Source of the DNA: Octopus sinensis
Taxonomy: Eukaryota
Direction of reading: 5' to 3'
Length of the DNA stretch: 64,000 nucleotides
Assembly (NCBI RefSeq): GCF_006345805.1
Contig: NC_043022.1
Span: 22,258,001 to 22,322,000 of the forward strand
The notes below the pieces were generated by a model, which had not been told where the DNA came from, made no database searches, and was given only the letters and a program-made list of their open reading frames with translations. Below, piece after piece: positions 49,841 through 63,147 of this stretch. Position numbers and translations under genes: made by a program. The stretch's first letter is position 1; each line of letters opens with the position of its first letter.

Positions 49841-50568
49841 CAGGGTGATTGGAAAGTAACTCCCTATTTTAAAATGCTTATAATTTATTTAACTATAATT
49901 TTTTTCTCAAATTTGTTGTGTATGTTCTTTAATGTATGGGAATTGATTCCATGTTGCTTTTTTTTTCAGATTGATAATTTTGTTTGAAATTTAGAAGCTC
50001 TACAAACATGGCTGGGTGTTTTACTGTGCAGGAGCGTGCCCAGCTAGCTACACATTACGAAGTTTGGAGATCAGTTGTTCAAGTGCAAAGATGGCGGAGG
50101 ACCATTAGAGGAAGACATACTCAAGTTGACGTAAAAAGATAATCAAGAATTGCCATGCAAAATTCATAACTACAGGATTTGTAGCTGGTACTTGAAGTGG
50201 TCGTCCTTCCAATTCATCAAGGTCCGCATGACTGGCTGGCCAGAAGCCCTGATTTAACACCCTGCAACTATTTTCTTTGGGGTTGGTTAAAGGAAGAAGT
50301 CTTCTCTACCAAACCAATGACTTTGGAAGAAATTGAAGGGTGAATACGAGAAGTTATGTCTTTCATTCCACAAGACTTCCTGATGAAATCAGTTGATGTG
50401 GTTCCCAGGTGGTTTGAGAAGCTGGTGGTGAATGCTGATGCCTATATCAAATTTTAAATAAAATTCCATGCTACACACTTTCTTTACATATTCGTTTTTT
50501 CTAAAAATTATAGTTAATAAATAAATTACTAGTATTTTAAAATAGGGAGTTACTTTTCAATCACCCTG
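49841..50568 (+). mobile_element. Internally deleted Tc1/mariner-superfamily element
   Basis: TA|CAGGGTGATT...ATCACCCTG|TA TIRs. Internal WLARSPDLTPCNYFLWGWLK. Confidence 0.85.
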
Positions 50569-50775
50569 TATATATATATATTTTATCGAGTAGCCGGCGT
50601 GTAAACCAATTAAGGAAAACATTAATACAAGGTATCTAATTTTTTCCTGTATGTATAAAATACCTTATAATATCTAGGGCTATTACTATTTATTGAAGTA
50701 GTTTGACTTTAAAGTCCCATTAAAGTGTGTGGCTTTTAAGTAGTAGCCCTCGATATTATAATATATATATATGTG

Positions 50776-50810
<35 letters not shown>

Positions 50811-53800
50811 ATGTATATATATATATATACATACACACATACATACATACATACATAGGAGAATAGGAATTAAAGTTAACTCTTATTCAATTGGCTTTTC
50901 CAAAGATGCATTTATTAAAACATAAGTAAATATTTATATAAACACTACGAACTTACTGTGGTCGTCTGCAAAATTACCCGCCATTTGCCTTCAATAACAC
51001 ACGCACGCATTCCCGCTCTTTCTCTCTCAACTTTACTCTCTTCCTCTCTTCTCTTACCCACCTACATTCATTCTGATTTTGCTTTACTCTCTTTTCCTTT
51101 CTATTTTCAATACAGAGTATTTACCTCTCCGTTTCTCTATCTCTCTCTTCATCTCACTTTCGCTCACACACGCGCGTACACCTTCTCTACTTCTTTCACT
51201 TTTCCTTCTCTTGGTCTCTTTTACTCTCCATTTTATTCCCTTCCATTTCAATCACCAACTCCTCTTTCTCGTTTTCTCTTCATTCTCTTTTCCTTTTCTT
51301 TCGACTTCCATCGCCGACACTTCCCCTCCTGCTCTCTTCTTGTCATCTCTTTCTTCCTCTATCTGTAACTCACTCAGAATCGTTTGCATGCCCGAAAAAA
51401 TGCTTCGTGGTATTTCGTCTGCCGATGGCCGCAAGCTGGCAGAATCGTTAGCACACCGGGCGAAATGCTTAGCGGTATTTCGTCTGCCGTTACGTTCTGA
51501 GTTCAAATTCCGCCGAGGTCGACTTTGCCTTTCATCCTTTCGGGGTCGATAAATTAAGTACCAGTTACGCACTGGGGTCGATAAAATCGACTTAATCCAT
51601 TTGTCTATCCTTGTTTGTCGCCTCTGTGTTTAGCCTCTTGTGGGTAGTAAAGAAATAGGTATTTCGTCTGCCGTTACATTCTGAGTTCAAATTCCGCCGA
51701 GGTCGACTTTGCCTTTCATCCTTTCAGGGTCGATTATATAAGTACCAGTTACGCACTGGGGTCGTTATAATCGACTTAATCCTTTTGTCTGTCTTTGTTT
51801 GTTTCTTCTGTGTTTAGCCCCTTATGGGCTGAACTGCTAAATTACGGGGATGTAACACACCAGCATCAGTTGTCAAGCGATGTTGGGGGGGGGGACAAAC
51901 ACAGACACACAAACGTATACATACACACATACATATTTACAATGGGCTTCTTTCAGTTTCCGTCTACCAAATCCACTCACTAGGCTTTGCTCAGCCCAAG
52001 TCTATAGTAGCAGACACTTTCTCAAGGTGCCACATAGTGGGACTGAACCCAGAACCATGCGGTTGGCAAGCAAGCTACTTGCCACACAGCCACTCCTACG
52101 CCTGTGAAGTTTATATTTACAAAACATTTCAGTGAAGCTATCTTGGAAAACATGAAAACCAATAATGTTTCAAATCAACATGAGATCATTCAACAGTTGC
52201 AAAAGAAAAAATTGTTGTTCACTCTGGCTAGTATTCAACTCCAACTTGCTGTTGGAGATGTCCCAGCATGTGGCGTCCAAGATGAGGTGGGCTACCACCG
52301 TGGAATGTGAAAACTGTCATACAGTCTGGACTTTTACCATGCCCTCTGTCTAGCCATGCTGGCTCAAGCTGGGAAGGAAACCCTGTGGCGTCTAAGCTTT
52401 ATGACATGCATAAGATCTGGTCATCAAATCTAAATAGAGACTTCAAACTTGAAATCTTCAAAGCCACAGTCGAACCAATTCTACTATATGGCTCAGAAAC
52501 CTGGACTTTATCAAAGAAGCTTGAGAGGCGGTTGGATGGAACCTACACTCGCCTCCTTATGAAAGCTCAAAATCTCTCGTGGAAGCACCATCCAACCAAA
52601 ATGCAAATATATGGGAAACTACCACCTGTGCCATCTCTTGTGAAAGGTAAGAGAGTCCAGTTTGCTGGACATTGTTGTAGAGCTGAAAAAGAGGTAATTT
52701 CTACTCTTCTCCTCTGGAAGCCATCTACCCACAATACCAGTGTGCGCACACTCTCCTACCCTGATGTAATTTCCAGGGATACAGGCATCCAGCAACAGGA
52801 CCTCCGTAATGCCATGATGGACCGTGAAGTCTGGCGTAGCATGGTAAATTCCATTGTCTCGACCACGGTCGTACAATGATGAATGATGATGATGACCTTG
52901 TTATCATGGCATAGAAGGCAGGGCTGTGTGGAGGCTGAAAGAATCCACTGTAGATCTGCACTGACATTCAGTGGGGCTTGTATATCTGGAGACCATACCT
53001 CAGGGGAAACGCCAATGTGCAGGCAGTCACTAAGAAGCTGAGTACGTGTTGCAAGGAATGGCACCACATTGAGCTATATTCTGCTGTGTGGCTCAGACGC
53101 TAAACAGAAACATGCCAGACTGTGCTGTTCAAGTCAGCACACTAGCTCATCCACAGTTATGCTACACTGGATGGTATCCTACTTCCTTTGAGAGGACCAA
53201 ACATTCACAGAAGAGGGTGGACATCAGCTGAGTGCAGGGCGAGTTGGTTCCATGTTGTGTCGGCCACTTCACATTCCCCAATTGCAGATGTGAAAAACCC
53301 TATTAATGAGGACATGGCAAGGGGTCACTGACAAGAGAAAAGGTGGTAGGGCCAGTGAGACCGGAGATCAAAGGTTGAGGCTGCAATATTTGATGGATAA
53401 AGTTTCCTGTTGCCACAAAAACACCAACAAAATCACAATTATCTTCAAAACCAGCAAAAAGTAAAAACATACTCAGAATCATCATGAAAAGTACCAATAA
53501 ACAGCAACAAAATCATAATCAACTTCAAAACCAGCAAAAAACACTAAAACATGTTCTCACCCACCCACTAAAAAACCAGCAGCAACATAATCATGATCAC
53601 CATAAAAACCACTGAAGACACCTACATTATTATAATCATTATCGATACAACCACAAAACACCAACACAACCATAATCAGCACCAATACCAACAAAATACA
53701 CCAACACAATCGTAATTATCATGAAAAGTACCTAAAGACACCAACAGTATCAGAATCGTTATCAAAGCCACCAAAAAACTTTTAAGAAAATCATAATCAT

Positions 53801-53994
53801 CATCAGTACTGCTGAAAACACCAACACAATATGAATCATAACCAAAATCACACAAAAAAAAGAAAAATAATAACATACCCATAATCATCATGAAAACCAC
53901 CTTAAGATAATTATAATCAACAAAACCACCAAAACCACTGACGCAATGGTAATCCTCATCATAATTACCAAAATCACATACACAATCATAATTA

Positions 53995-54946
53995 TTGGGT
54001 TGTCTAGAAAGTTTGTGCCGATTTTTAAAAGAAAGAAAAAGGTCAATAAATACGTGCCATTACATTTTTAATCAACCAAATATGAGGCACGTAAAAAGCA
54101 CCATCCGAACGTGGTCAATGCCAGCACCACCTTGACTGGCTTCCGTGCCAGTGGCACATAAAAAGCACCATCCGAACGTGGCTGATGCCAGCGCTGCCTT
54201 GACTGGCTTCCGTGCCAGTGGCACATAAAAAGCACCATCCGAACGTGGCTGATGCCAGCGCTGCCTTGACTGGCTTCCGTGCCGGTGGCATGTAAAAAGC
54301 ACCCACTACACTCACAGAGTGGTTGGCGTTAGGAAGGGCATCCAGCTGTAGAAACACTGCCAGATCAGACTGGGGCCTGGTGCAGCCTTCTGGCTTCCCA
54401 GATCCCGGTCGAACCATCCAACCCATGCTAGCATGGAAAACAGACGTTAAATGATGATGATGAAATATGAACTATTTTGTTGCACAATGCATCTCCAGCA
54501 TTCCTTTAACTTGAAAAATACCCTCTTCCCAGAATTGGGGTGGTTTCATGGCAAAGAATTCATCAAGGTATCTTTTTACGTCATCCAAGAAATTGAAATT
54601 TTTACCATTAAGATTATTCTGCAGAGACCTGAATAAGTGGAAATCCGAAGGAGCAATATTTGGTGAATATGGAAGGTGGGGTAACACATCCCAGCCGAGC
54701 TGCAGCAATTTTTGTCTGGTTTCCAAAGCATCAAGTGCCGAAAATGAACTTTCTTATCTTCCATTTTAAAGGGTTACAGAATTAACACAGGTTATAGGAA
54801 CATAAACATTCTTCCGGAAAAAGATAGCTTAAACTGTGCTCTAAATAGAGGTGTAGTCAAATCCTATTTTATGGACTCTACCATGTTCTAAAATAAGTCG
54901 AATGGTAAGCTACTATAAATTGACACAAACTTTCCGGACAACCCAA
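53995..54946 (-). mobile_element. Internally deleted mariner with a nested RTE-UTR-type insertion (about 54085-54465)
   Basis: TA|TTGGGTTGTC...GACAACCCAA|TA TIRs. WDVLPHLPYSPNIAPSDFHLF. Confidence 0.85.
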
Positions 54947-55013
54947 TATAATTATTATGGAGATGTACTTGCATAGCGAGTGACTTGATCTGAGATCGTA
55001 TGCTGGAACGAAA

Positions 55014-55262
55014 ACAATTGCAGCGTGGAAGGTGTTTATAAGCCATTTAAGAAATGCACGTTAGATTCACTTCAACATTTAAATTTAATTTGTCAAAATA
55101 TGTTCGTTGCTTTGAGACCGCAGTATGAAGTTTTGTCAGTAAACAGGTCATGGTCTCAAAGCAATGAAAATATTTTGACAAATTAAATTTAAGTGTTGAA
55201 GTGAATCTAACGGTTTTTGTGTGTTTCTTAAACGGCTTATAAACACCTTCCACGCTCCAATA
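55014..55262. mobile_element. Palindromic MITE-like element
   Basis: AGCGTGGAAGGTGTTTATAAGCC arm and its reverse complement, about 100-bp arms. Confidence 0.75.
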
Positions 55263-55454
55263 TAATTAGAAACAAACAAAAGAAATCAACATACTCATGA
55301 TCCTTATCAATACCACCATAAACCATGAACACAATCATAATCATTATCGATATCACCAAATAACACCAGCATCATCATAATCATCCTCAAAACCACAGCA
55401 ACGCAATCCTGATCACCATCAAAACCACCAAACCAGCAGAACTGAGAAAAACAT

Positions 55455-56413
55455 CACAGATGTGCTTGAATTTTTTGTTGTTTGTTCCTTCCCGAGCCAT
55501 CCCAGTTTCCTTGGCGTATAGGTTCCCCACCTGGACGGGACGCCGGTCCATCGCAAGTGAGCTGCAAGATGCAGGAGGAAAGAGTGAGAGAAAGTTGTGG
55601 CGAAATTGTCAGCAGAAGTTCGCCATTACCTTCTGCCGGAGCCGCGTGAAGCTTGGGTGTTTCGCTCATAAACACACACATCACCTGGTCTGAGATTTGA
55701 ACCCGCGATCCCTCAACCGCTTCTCTAACCACTAGGCCATGTGCCTCCACAGATGTGCTTGAATTTTTTGTTGTTTGTTCCTTCTCGAGCCACACCTGGT
55801 TCATTAGGACCGGTTTCCCAGTTTCCTTGGCGTATAGGTTCCCCACCTGGACGGGACGCCGGTCCATCGCAGGTGAGCTGCAAGATGCAGGAGGAAAGAG
55901 TGAGAGAAAGTTGTGGCGAAAGAGTCAGCAGAAGTTCGCCATTACCTTCTGCCGGAGCCGCGTGGAGCTTTGGTGTTTTCGCTCATAAACACACACATCG
56001 CCCGGTCTGAGGTTCGAACCCGCGATCCCTCGACCGCAAGACGGCTGCTCTAACCACTAGGCCATGTGCCTCCACAGATGTGCTTGAATTTTTTGTTGTT
56101 TGTTCCTTCTCGAGCCATGCCTGGCTCATTACGGCCGGTTTCCCAGTTTCCTTGGTGTATAGGTTCCCCACCTGGATGGGACGCCGGTCCGTCGCAGGTG
56201 AGCTGCAAGATGCAGGAGGAAAGAGTGAGAAAAAGTTGTGGTGAAAGAGTCAGCAGAAGTTCGCCATTACCTTCTGCCAGAGCCGCGTGGAGCTTAGGTG
56301 TTTTGCTTATAAACACACATATCGCCCGGTCTGAGATTCAAACCCGCGATCCCTTAACCACGAGACCGCTGCTCTAACCACTAGGCCATGTGCCTCCACA
56401 GATGTGCTTGAAT
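55455..56413 (-). mobile_element. Head-to-tail SINE trimer bounded by a repeated 17-bp target sequence
   Basis: CACAGATGTGCTTGAAT at 55455, 55748, 56073 and 56397. Confidence 0.9.
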
Positions 56414-56879
56414 CACCATCCATGAGTTATCAGAGGATGTGCAGATTAGTTATGGTTCAGTTCAGTCCATTATCACTGAAGAATTTGGGTATGAGACACG
56501 TATCTGCCTTGATTGTGCCAAAACTGCTTTCAGCTGACCAAAAAGACACTTGGGTTTCAGTTGCACAAGATCTTGATTGTGTCAAGAATGATGAAAACAT
56601 CTTGAAAACTTTGCGTAGGCCTCTGAGCAGGTATCGCAAAGCTTTTGGTAAAATTTGATGCAGATTCTCCACTCAACTTTCTCTGTCATAGTTAATGTCA
56701 CGATTACGTTACACACCTTCTTTCCAAGTGCTGCTGTAAACAGCAGAAATGAGCTAAAATGTTAAAACTTAGTGCACAAGCACAACAGAGTTCAAAATGA
56801 CTCTACACCAATCAGCTTCACTCTGTGCACTTTAGCTTTGTTACTATGGCAACAGTCCGGATACTTATTGATCAGACAG

Positions 56880-57075
56880 GGTTGCAGATCTGTGGAATAA
56901 GCTGCCGGATGAGATAGTGAAGATGCCGACGACCACTCAGTTCAAAGTCTCTCTTGACCAGAAATGGCCTGAACTCTTTGCATGAACACTCTCCCTGTAC
57001 ATAACTCCATGTCCCCCTACATGGCCTTGCTTTTGCTTTTTGAGCCAAAAAATTAACTTAACTTAACTTAACTAA
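56880..57075 (+). mobile_element. Short CR1-like 3' end with (TTAAC)n tail
   Basis: Same family as the 4395 and 7895 copies. Confidence 0.8.
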
Positions 57076-57448
57076 GTCCATGTATATGTGTGTGTGTGTA
57101 TGTATGTATAAACATAAACACCCATTATAAATTTTGATTTGTTCCTGTAATTATCAGTAGAACCCCTACCTATATTTAGTCAAGTCTTCCTCCTTTGCCT
57201 CACACTGCTATATCTACTGTTATTCAAACCTGACACAGACTTCACCACCATCGCCCCAGCTAATCTGTGGGATTGCATGAGAGAGACCATCTGCTGTTTC
57301 ACCATTCTCTATATACAATCAATAAGTGAGGACATATTTTTACCATGTAAGCTATTACAAGTATTTGCTTTTGCTTTATATACATATATGAACGTGTGAG
57401 TGTGTGTGTGTGTATACAGGTGTGATGGTGATTCTGGAATATGGCTTT

Positions 57449-57560
57449 GTTCAGGGGTTTTGATGTTCAGGGGTTTTGATGTTCAGGGGTTTTGATGTTC
57501 AGGGGTTTTGGTGTTCAGGGGTTTTGATGTTCAGGAGTTTTGATGTTCAGGGGTTTTGAT
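57449..57560. repeat. 16-bp minisatellite (GTTCAGGGGTTTTGAT) x7
   Basis: Directly visible in the sequence. Confidence 0.95.
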
Positions 57561-57949
57561 GTATAATTACATGTTTAAGTAAAAGAAATGGTGGGTGTGT
57601 GTATATGTAAATGTAGTCTATAACCTTTTTTAACATAAAATTCATATACCATCATCATCATCATCTTCATCATTGTTTAACGTCCGTTTTCCATGCTAGC
57701 ATGGGTTGGGTAGTTTGACCGGGGTCTGGGAAGCCAGGAGTCTGCACCAGGCTCCAGTCTGATCTGGCAGTGTTTCTACAGCTGGATGCCCTTCCTAACG
57801 CCAACCACTCCATGAGTGTAGTGGGTGCTTTTTACATGTCACCGACACAGACACCAGTTAGGTGACGCTGGCATCATTTATATATATATATTTTTTAAGA
57901 AAGGAAAGGAAACCTTTAGGTTGTACAAGGAAAGGAAACCTTTAGGTTG

Positions 57950-58300
57950 TGCCTATTGAACAAACATCCTTAACTGTGTATCTGCCTGAAGTGCTTGTCT
58001 ACTATCCTAAGGAATATCCTCCCCATACAAGTTTTAACATTGAGGGAAAAGGGTGGGGCAAACGAAATGACCTTCCAGTGGCACTTCTTTTGTGAGTGCT
58101 AGGGCCTGGTATATAGGAGATGCAGCCCTTAAACCCACTGGATGATAGGGCTTTGTTATATTAGGGAGTCATGATATCAAAAATTTCTTGATTTGAGGAC
58201 AGGTTTGAAGTCCACTTGTTAACATTCTTCTCTAGGTTCCTGAACAAGATCAGTGGGCAGCAGAAGGCTGTGTTGATGTAGGGTAGCCTCTCGTTTGGTT
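57950..58300 (-). mobile_element. Penelope-like element relic
   Basis: RNLEKNVNKWTSNLSSNQEIFD...YNKALSSSGFK resembles the Penelope RT C-terminal region. Confidence 0.55.
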
Positions 58301-58458
58301 TGCAATAGGGCCAGCCAGTACGGACTGGAGCCCAAGTCTAGCATGATGTTCCCACTAATTTGCTACAACTACCATCACTACCATCATATCCCTATCCACC
58401 ACACTCTCTATTCTTGTCTGTTTTCTTTTTTTGTTTCTCTCTCACACAGCCACAAGGT

Positions 58459-58735
58459 ATGACAGTTCTACCCGTCATCTGCAGTCTTCCATTTGGTTGG
58501 CAGAGGTCATCTTTCATGCTGCCACCAGCTCCACCATCACCATCGCAACCATTCCAGTTGGTACTTACAGTATTGCTGCTGCTGTTACCGCACATGTCTT
58601 GGTGCCAAACAAAAGCAGCAGAAGACCACTTAATTTCTGAACTGGTACATTCTATAGAGAAAGCATCAGTTTTCTTTGACGAATACCAAAACAATATCAA
58701 TGTAGACGGTTTATTTGGAATTCAAGTAGGACAAG
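58459..58735 (+). CDS. C16orf89/UPF0764-like secreted protein, coding exon 1
   Basis: Hydrophobic signal-like LVLTVLLLLLP. SIEKASVFF...INVDGLFGIQV resembles ALERATVFL...INLDGMVGVRV. Donor G|gtgagt. The start codon is uncertain. Confidence 0.8.
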
Positions 58736-59835
58736 GTGAGTATAAACTATTTTATACTCAGTAATTATGCTGAATATATTCATAGTTAAAAGCATCCTTA
58801 ACCTTCAGTACAAAACAATGGCAATGTAACGTAGTAATCAAACTTTCGCATAGGTACAGGCATAGCTGTGTAGTTAAGAAGCTCGCTTTGCAGCCATAAG
58901 GGTTTGGGTTTAGTCACACTGCACAGCATCTTTGGCCAGTGTCTTCTGCTATAGTCCTGTGATGACTGTCTTGAGAGTGAATTTCATATCTATTTTTATT
59001 TATAGCTAGCAGTATCGCCCGGCGTTGCTCGGGTTTGATTCGACCCTTTAGAATTGGAAATTTTGAAAAGTAAAAGTTTTGCATTATGTAGCTTGTTGTT
59101 CTCTTTAAGTGAACATTTTTCTGGTTGAATTACACCGAAATATGGTGACACAGCAGTCAAAGAATCGTAAAAAATAGGGATTTTCATAGAAAAAAAGCAC
59201 CTTTTTGATGTAAATGATTTTTGGTGTTAACATGGTCTGATTTGAATTTTTTCTTCTACAGAATGAAGAGCAAGCCTTCTATCATACTCTCAATTTTGGT
59301 CAACTTGCGCCGCAGGGTCTCGGAGATAGTATTAGTTGAATGCTACCAAACCTGTCACACACAGACAAATTCAGCTTTATATACTCTTTTCTCTTTTACT
59401 TGTTTCAGTCATTTGACTGCAGCCATGCTGGAGCACCACCTTTAATCAAGCAACTCGACCCCGGGACTTATTCTTTTTGTAAACCCAGTACTTATTCTAT
59501 CGGTCTCCTTTGCCGAACCGCTAAGTAACGGGGGACATAAACACACCAGCATCGGTTGTCAAGCAATGCTAGGGGGACAATCACAGACACACAAACATAC
59601 ACGCACACACATATATATATACATATATACGATGGGCTTCTTTCAGTTTCCGTCTACCAAATCCACTCACAAGGCTTTGGTCGGCCAGAGGCTATAGCAG
59701 AAGACACTTGCCCAAGGTGCCACGCAGTGGGACTGAACCCGGAACCATGTGGTTGGTAAACAAGCTACTTACCACACAGCCACTCCAGCGCCTATATATA
59801 TAGATTTGCTATTTATTTATTTATTCATTGTGCAG

Positions 59836-60148
59836 GTCAATTGCTCAGTATTGATAAATTATTATCCAAGATTCATGCGGATGAGAAACTGAAAGAGAAG
59901 ATCCAACAGATCATAGCAAGGATGGAAGTGGTTATCAAGTTGATTAACAACAGAAACCAGAAGAGCATGACATCCTACAGCCAACGTTTCAAGCAGCTGG
60001 TTACAGAACCAATGGAAATACCCTGGGTACCACGGTGGCTGGTTGACAACCAAAAACCGATATCCTTTGAAAAGCTGCAGGTTTACAATGAAGAATTTGG
60101 TGACACTTGCTTGGCCCGTGTGTTAGGTAGCTATGTACCGGAAGATGA
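59836..60148 (+). CDS. C16orf89-like exon 2
   Basis: gtgcag|GT...GA|gtgagt. YNEEFGDTCLARVLG resembles FSEERSDVCLVQLLG. Confidence 0.82.
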
Positions 60149-60279
60149 GTGAGTTTTTGTATGTTGGGTGTTCTTGTCATCACTGACAAAACCACTTTTT
60201 TTACTATTCTCATCATCACCTTTGCCATCATCATCATTGCCATCTTCATCTTTTTTCTTCTCCTCTTGCCCCTCATCAT

Positions 60280-60713
60280 CATCATGCCTATCATCACCAC
60301 CATTATCACTGTTGTCATTGTTATTGAGCTGCCACTGTCATCATCAACTTGTCCACTTCCTTTGTCCTTCTTACCCACCACCTCAATTGTCATCATCATC
60401 ATCATCATCATTCCTATCATCGTTACCATTGTCTTTGAGCTGCCAATTCCATTGTCATCATCATCATCATCATCATCAACATCATTCTTATCATCGTTAC
60501 CATTGTCTTTGAGCTGCCACTTTCATCGTCATCATCATCATCATCATCGTCGTCGTCGTCATCATCATCATCATCATTCTTATCATCGTTACCATTGTCT
60601 TTGAGCTGCAACTTTCATTGTCATCATCATCATCATCATCGTCATCATCATCATCATCATCATTCTTATCATCGTTACCATTGTCTTTGAGCTGCCACTT
60701 TCATTGTCATCAT

Positions 60714-60744
<31 letters not shown>

Positions 60745-61405
60745 ATCATTCTTATCATCGTTGCCATTGTCTTTGAGCTGCCACTTTCATCGTCATCATC
60801 ATCATCATCATCATCGTCGTCGTCATCATCATCATCATCATTCTTATCATCATTACCATTGTCTTTGAGCTGCCACTTTCATTGTCATCATCATCATCAT
60901 CATCATTCTTATCATCGTTACCATTGTCTTTGAGCTGCCACTTTCATCGTCATCATCATCATCATCATCATCGTCGTCGTCGTCATCATCATCATCATCA
61001 TTCTTATCATCGTTACCATTGTCTTTGAGCTGCCACTTTCATTGTCATCATCATCATCATCATCGTCATCATCATCATCATCATCATTCTTATCATCGTT
61101 ACCATTGTCTTTGAGCTGCCACTTTCATTTTCATCATCATCATCATCATCATCATTCCTATCATCGTTACCATTGTCTTTGAGCTGCCACTTTCATTGTC
61201 ATCATCATCATCATCATCGTCGTCGTCATCATCATCATCATCATCATTCCTATCATCGTTACCATTGTCTTTGAGCTGCCACTTTCATTGTCATCATCAT
61301 CATCATCATCGTCGTCGTCATCATCATCATCATCATCATTCCTATCATCGCTACCATTGTCTTTGAGCTGCCACTTTCATTGTCATCATCATCATCATCA
61401 TCATT
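60280..61405. repeat. Composite minisatellite: ~47-bp core plus variable (CAT/CGT)n
   Basis: CATTCTTATCATCGTTACCATTGTCTTTGAGCTGCCACTTTCA recurs more than 12 times. Confidence 0.93.
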
Positions 61406-61508
61406 TACATTATCATTGATACTATTGTCGGTGTTATTAGTGTCAGTGCGTTCACAACACCCTTTGATTCCAACCGTTTCACAATGGCCATTCTATTGTC
61501 CATTCCAG

Positions 61509-61623
61509 GGATCAACTACCAAAGTGCAACGTCACAAAAGAATGTCTGGACTTTATGACCAAACAAAACACCACCGGTTATTACCTTTCACACCAACTTC
61601 TATATTTCAATTGTATTCAAATG
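61509..61623 (+). CDS. C16orf89-like exon 3
   Basis: ttccag|. CNVTKECLDFMT...GYYLSHQLLYF resembles CGLSDLCRSLMT...GYCLSHQLLFF. Confidence 0.88.
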
Positions 61624-61924
61624 GTACATTGTCTCTTCTATTTCTTACTGTTTTTTCTCATTTAGGTAAAATAACCAGCAGTTTTTGAGGGGAGGGGTCC
61701 AGTTATTTCACTGTTTTTATTGGCAAGCTGGCAGAGTTGTTAGCATGCTGCACGAAATGCTTCGCAGCATTTTGTCCATCTTTATGTTCTGAGTTCAAAT
61801 TCCACTGAGGTTGATTTTGCCTTTCATCCTTTCAGGGTCAATGAAATAAGTATCAGTTGAGCACTGGGGTCGATGTAATCGACTTACCCCATCCCCCCAA
61901 ACTGCTGGCTTTGTGCCAAAATTT

Positions 61925-61991
61925 GAAACCATTATTATTATTATTGTCATTATTATTATTATTATTACTATTATTATTATTATTATTATTA

Positions 61992-62034
<43 letters not shown>

Positions 62035-62560
62035 GAGTGAAAGAGTAGTGCATGCCATCAAAGTGACACTGGGGTACAAATATACAAAGCCCAGTATACA
62101 CATCTTGACAACCTGTCTGATAAGGGTACACTAGGCACATGCATCACAACCATATGCGTGTGACATGGTGATCTCATATCAAGATAAACAGCAAATGACC
62201 TTGCAGGTGGGTCCCACTTAGAATTTTCTTCAGGCTGAGTAGCCCATCTCATTCAAAAGGTTCCTGAATAAGGGTTGTTTAAGGATGTTGAATGAAACAC
62301 CCATGTTTCCAATGGCGAAATATCCAAACTCCAAAGAATCCCTCTCAACACATGGCTATGATGCTCCCCCACTACTTCTGCTCGTGATCAGAGATGCACA
62401 TATCGTCAGCCACTAAGGGACATGCTCAACTGGTTATGGTCAAACAACTGACAAGCAAATCTGTGGTATTGAGCAGAATATTTGCTGTAGCCCATCTTTT
62501 ATACCAAGACAAAACAATGTACATGATAACACTCCAATCAGTTAAGAAGAGAAGCCATGA
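61925..62560 (-). mobile_element. Interspersed repeat ending in a long (TAA)n tract (possibly a Dong/R4-like 3' end)
   Basis: (TAA)n tail with a non-repetitive body. The family assignment is tentative. Confidence 0.35.
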
Positions 62561-62987
62561 AAGCCACTGCATTATTATTATTATTATTAGTAGTAGTACT
62601 ACTACTACTACTGCTGCCGCCGCCACCATCACCACCACCACCACTACTTAACTCTCAGCTTATTTGCTGGGTATGATGGAAAGTGTCAGCTGACCCAGCC
62701 AGCAGACTAAAGACCTCACTTGTGCCAGACCAATAAAATAAGTACTAGGCTTGCAAAGAATAAGTCCTGGGGTCGATTTGCTTGACTAAAGGTGGTGCTC
62801 CAGCATGGCTGCAGTCAAATGACTGAAACAAGTAAAAGAGTAGGTGCATGTTTGAGATAGCATTGTCCTTTTAGTACCATCAGCACCATCAACTTGAGTC
62901 AGACAGAAGGAGGAAGTGAGACAGACGGACAGACAGACAGAGCAAGGTAGAGACAGAAAGATTCATTATTGTTGTTTATTGTTTCAG

Positions 62988-63147
62988 AATGACTGTGCTG
63001 GCAGAGCAGGCTTTGAAGAATTCCAAGAGCGACCAACTGTAGTGGACATCCAGAGACAACTATGTGGCAAGATGTACAACGAAGCAAAACAACTAGCCAT
63101 ACATGGCTACGTGGACCTCTCCTTCCAGGATCTCTTTGCTGAACACA
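62988..63147 (+). CDS. C16orf89-like exon 4 (gene appears to continue beyond the window)
   Basis: tttcag|. LCGKMYNEAKQL...QDLFAEH resembles FCANMMDLNRRA...RDIFMEN. Donor A|gtgagt. Confidence 0.85.

Noticed and set aside
52900-53330. Possible Ingi/I-clade LINE relic on the minus strand
   Set aside because: Only a weak motif resemblance (TAEYSSMW) with many stops, so it was not listed as a feature.
60001-60611. Poly-Asp/Met/His ORFs
   Set aside because: They derive from the (CAT)n minisatellite, whose 47-bp core shifts frame in each unit, and they lie inside a defined intron.
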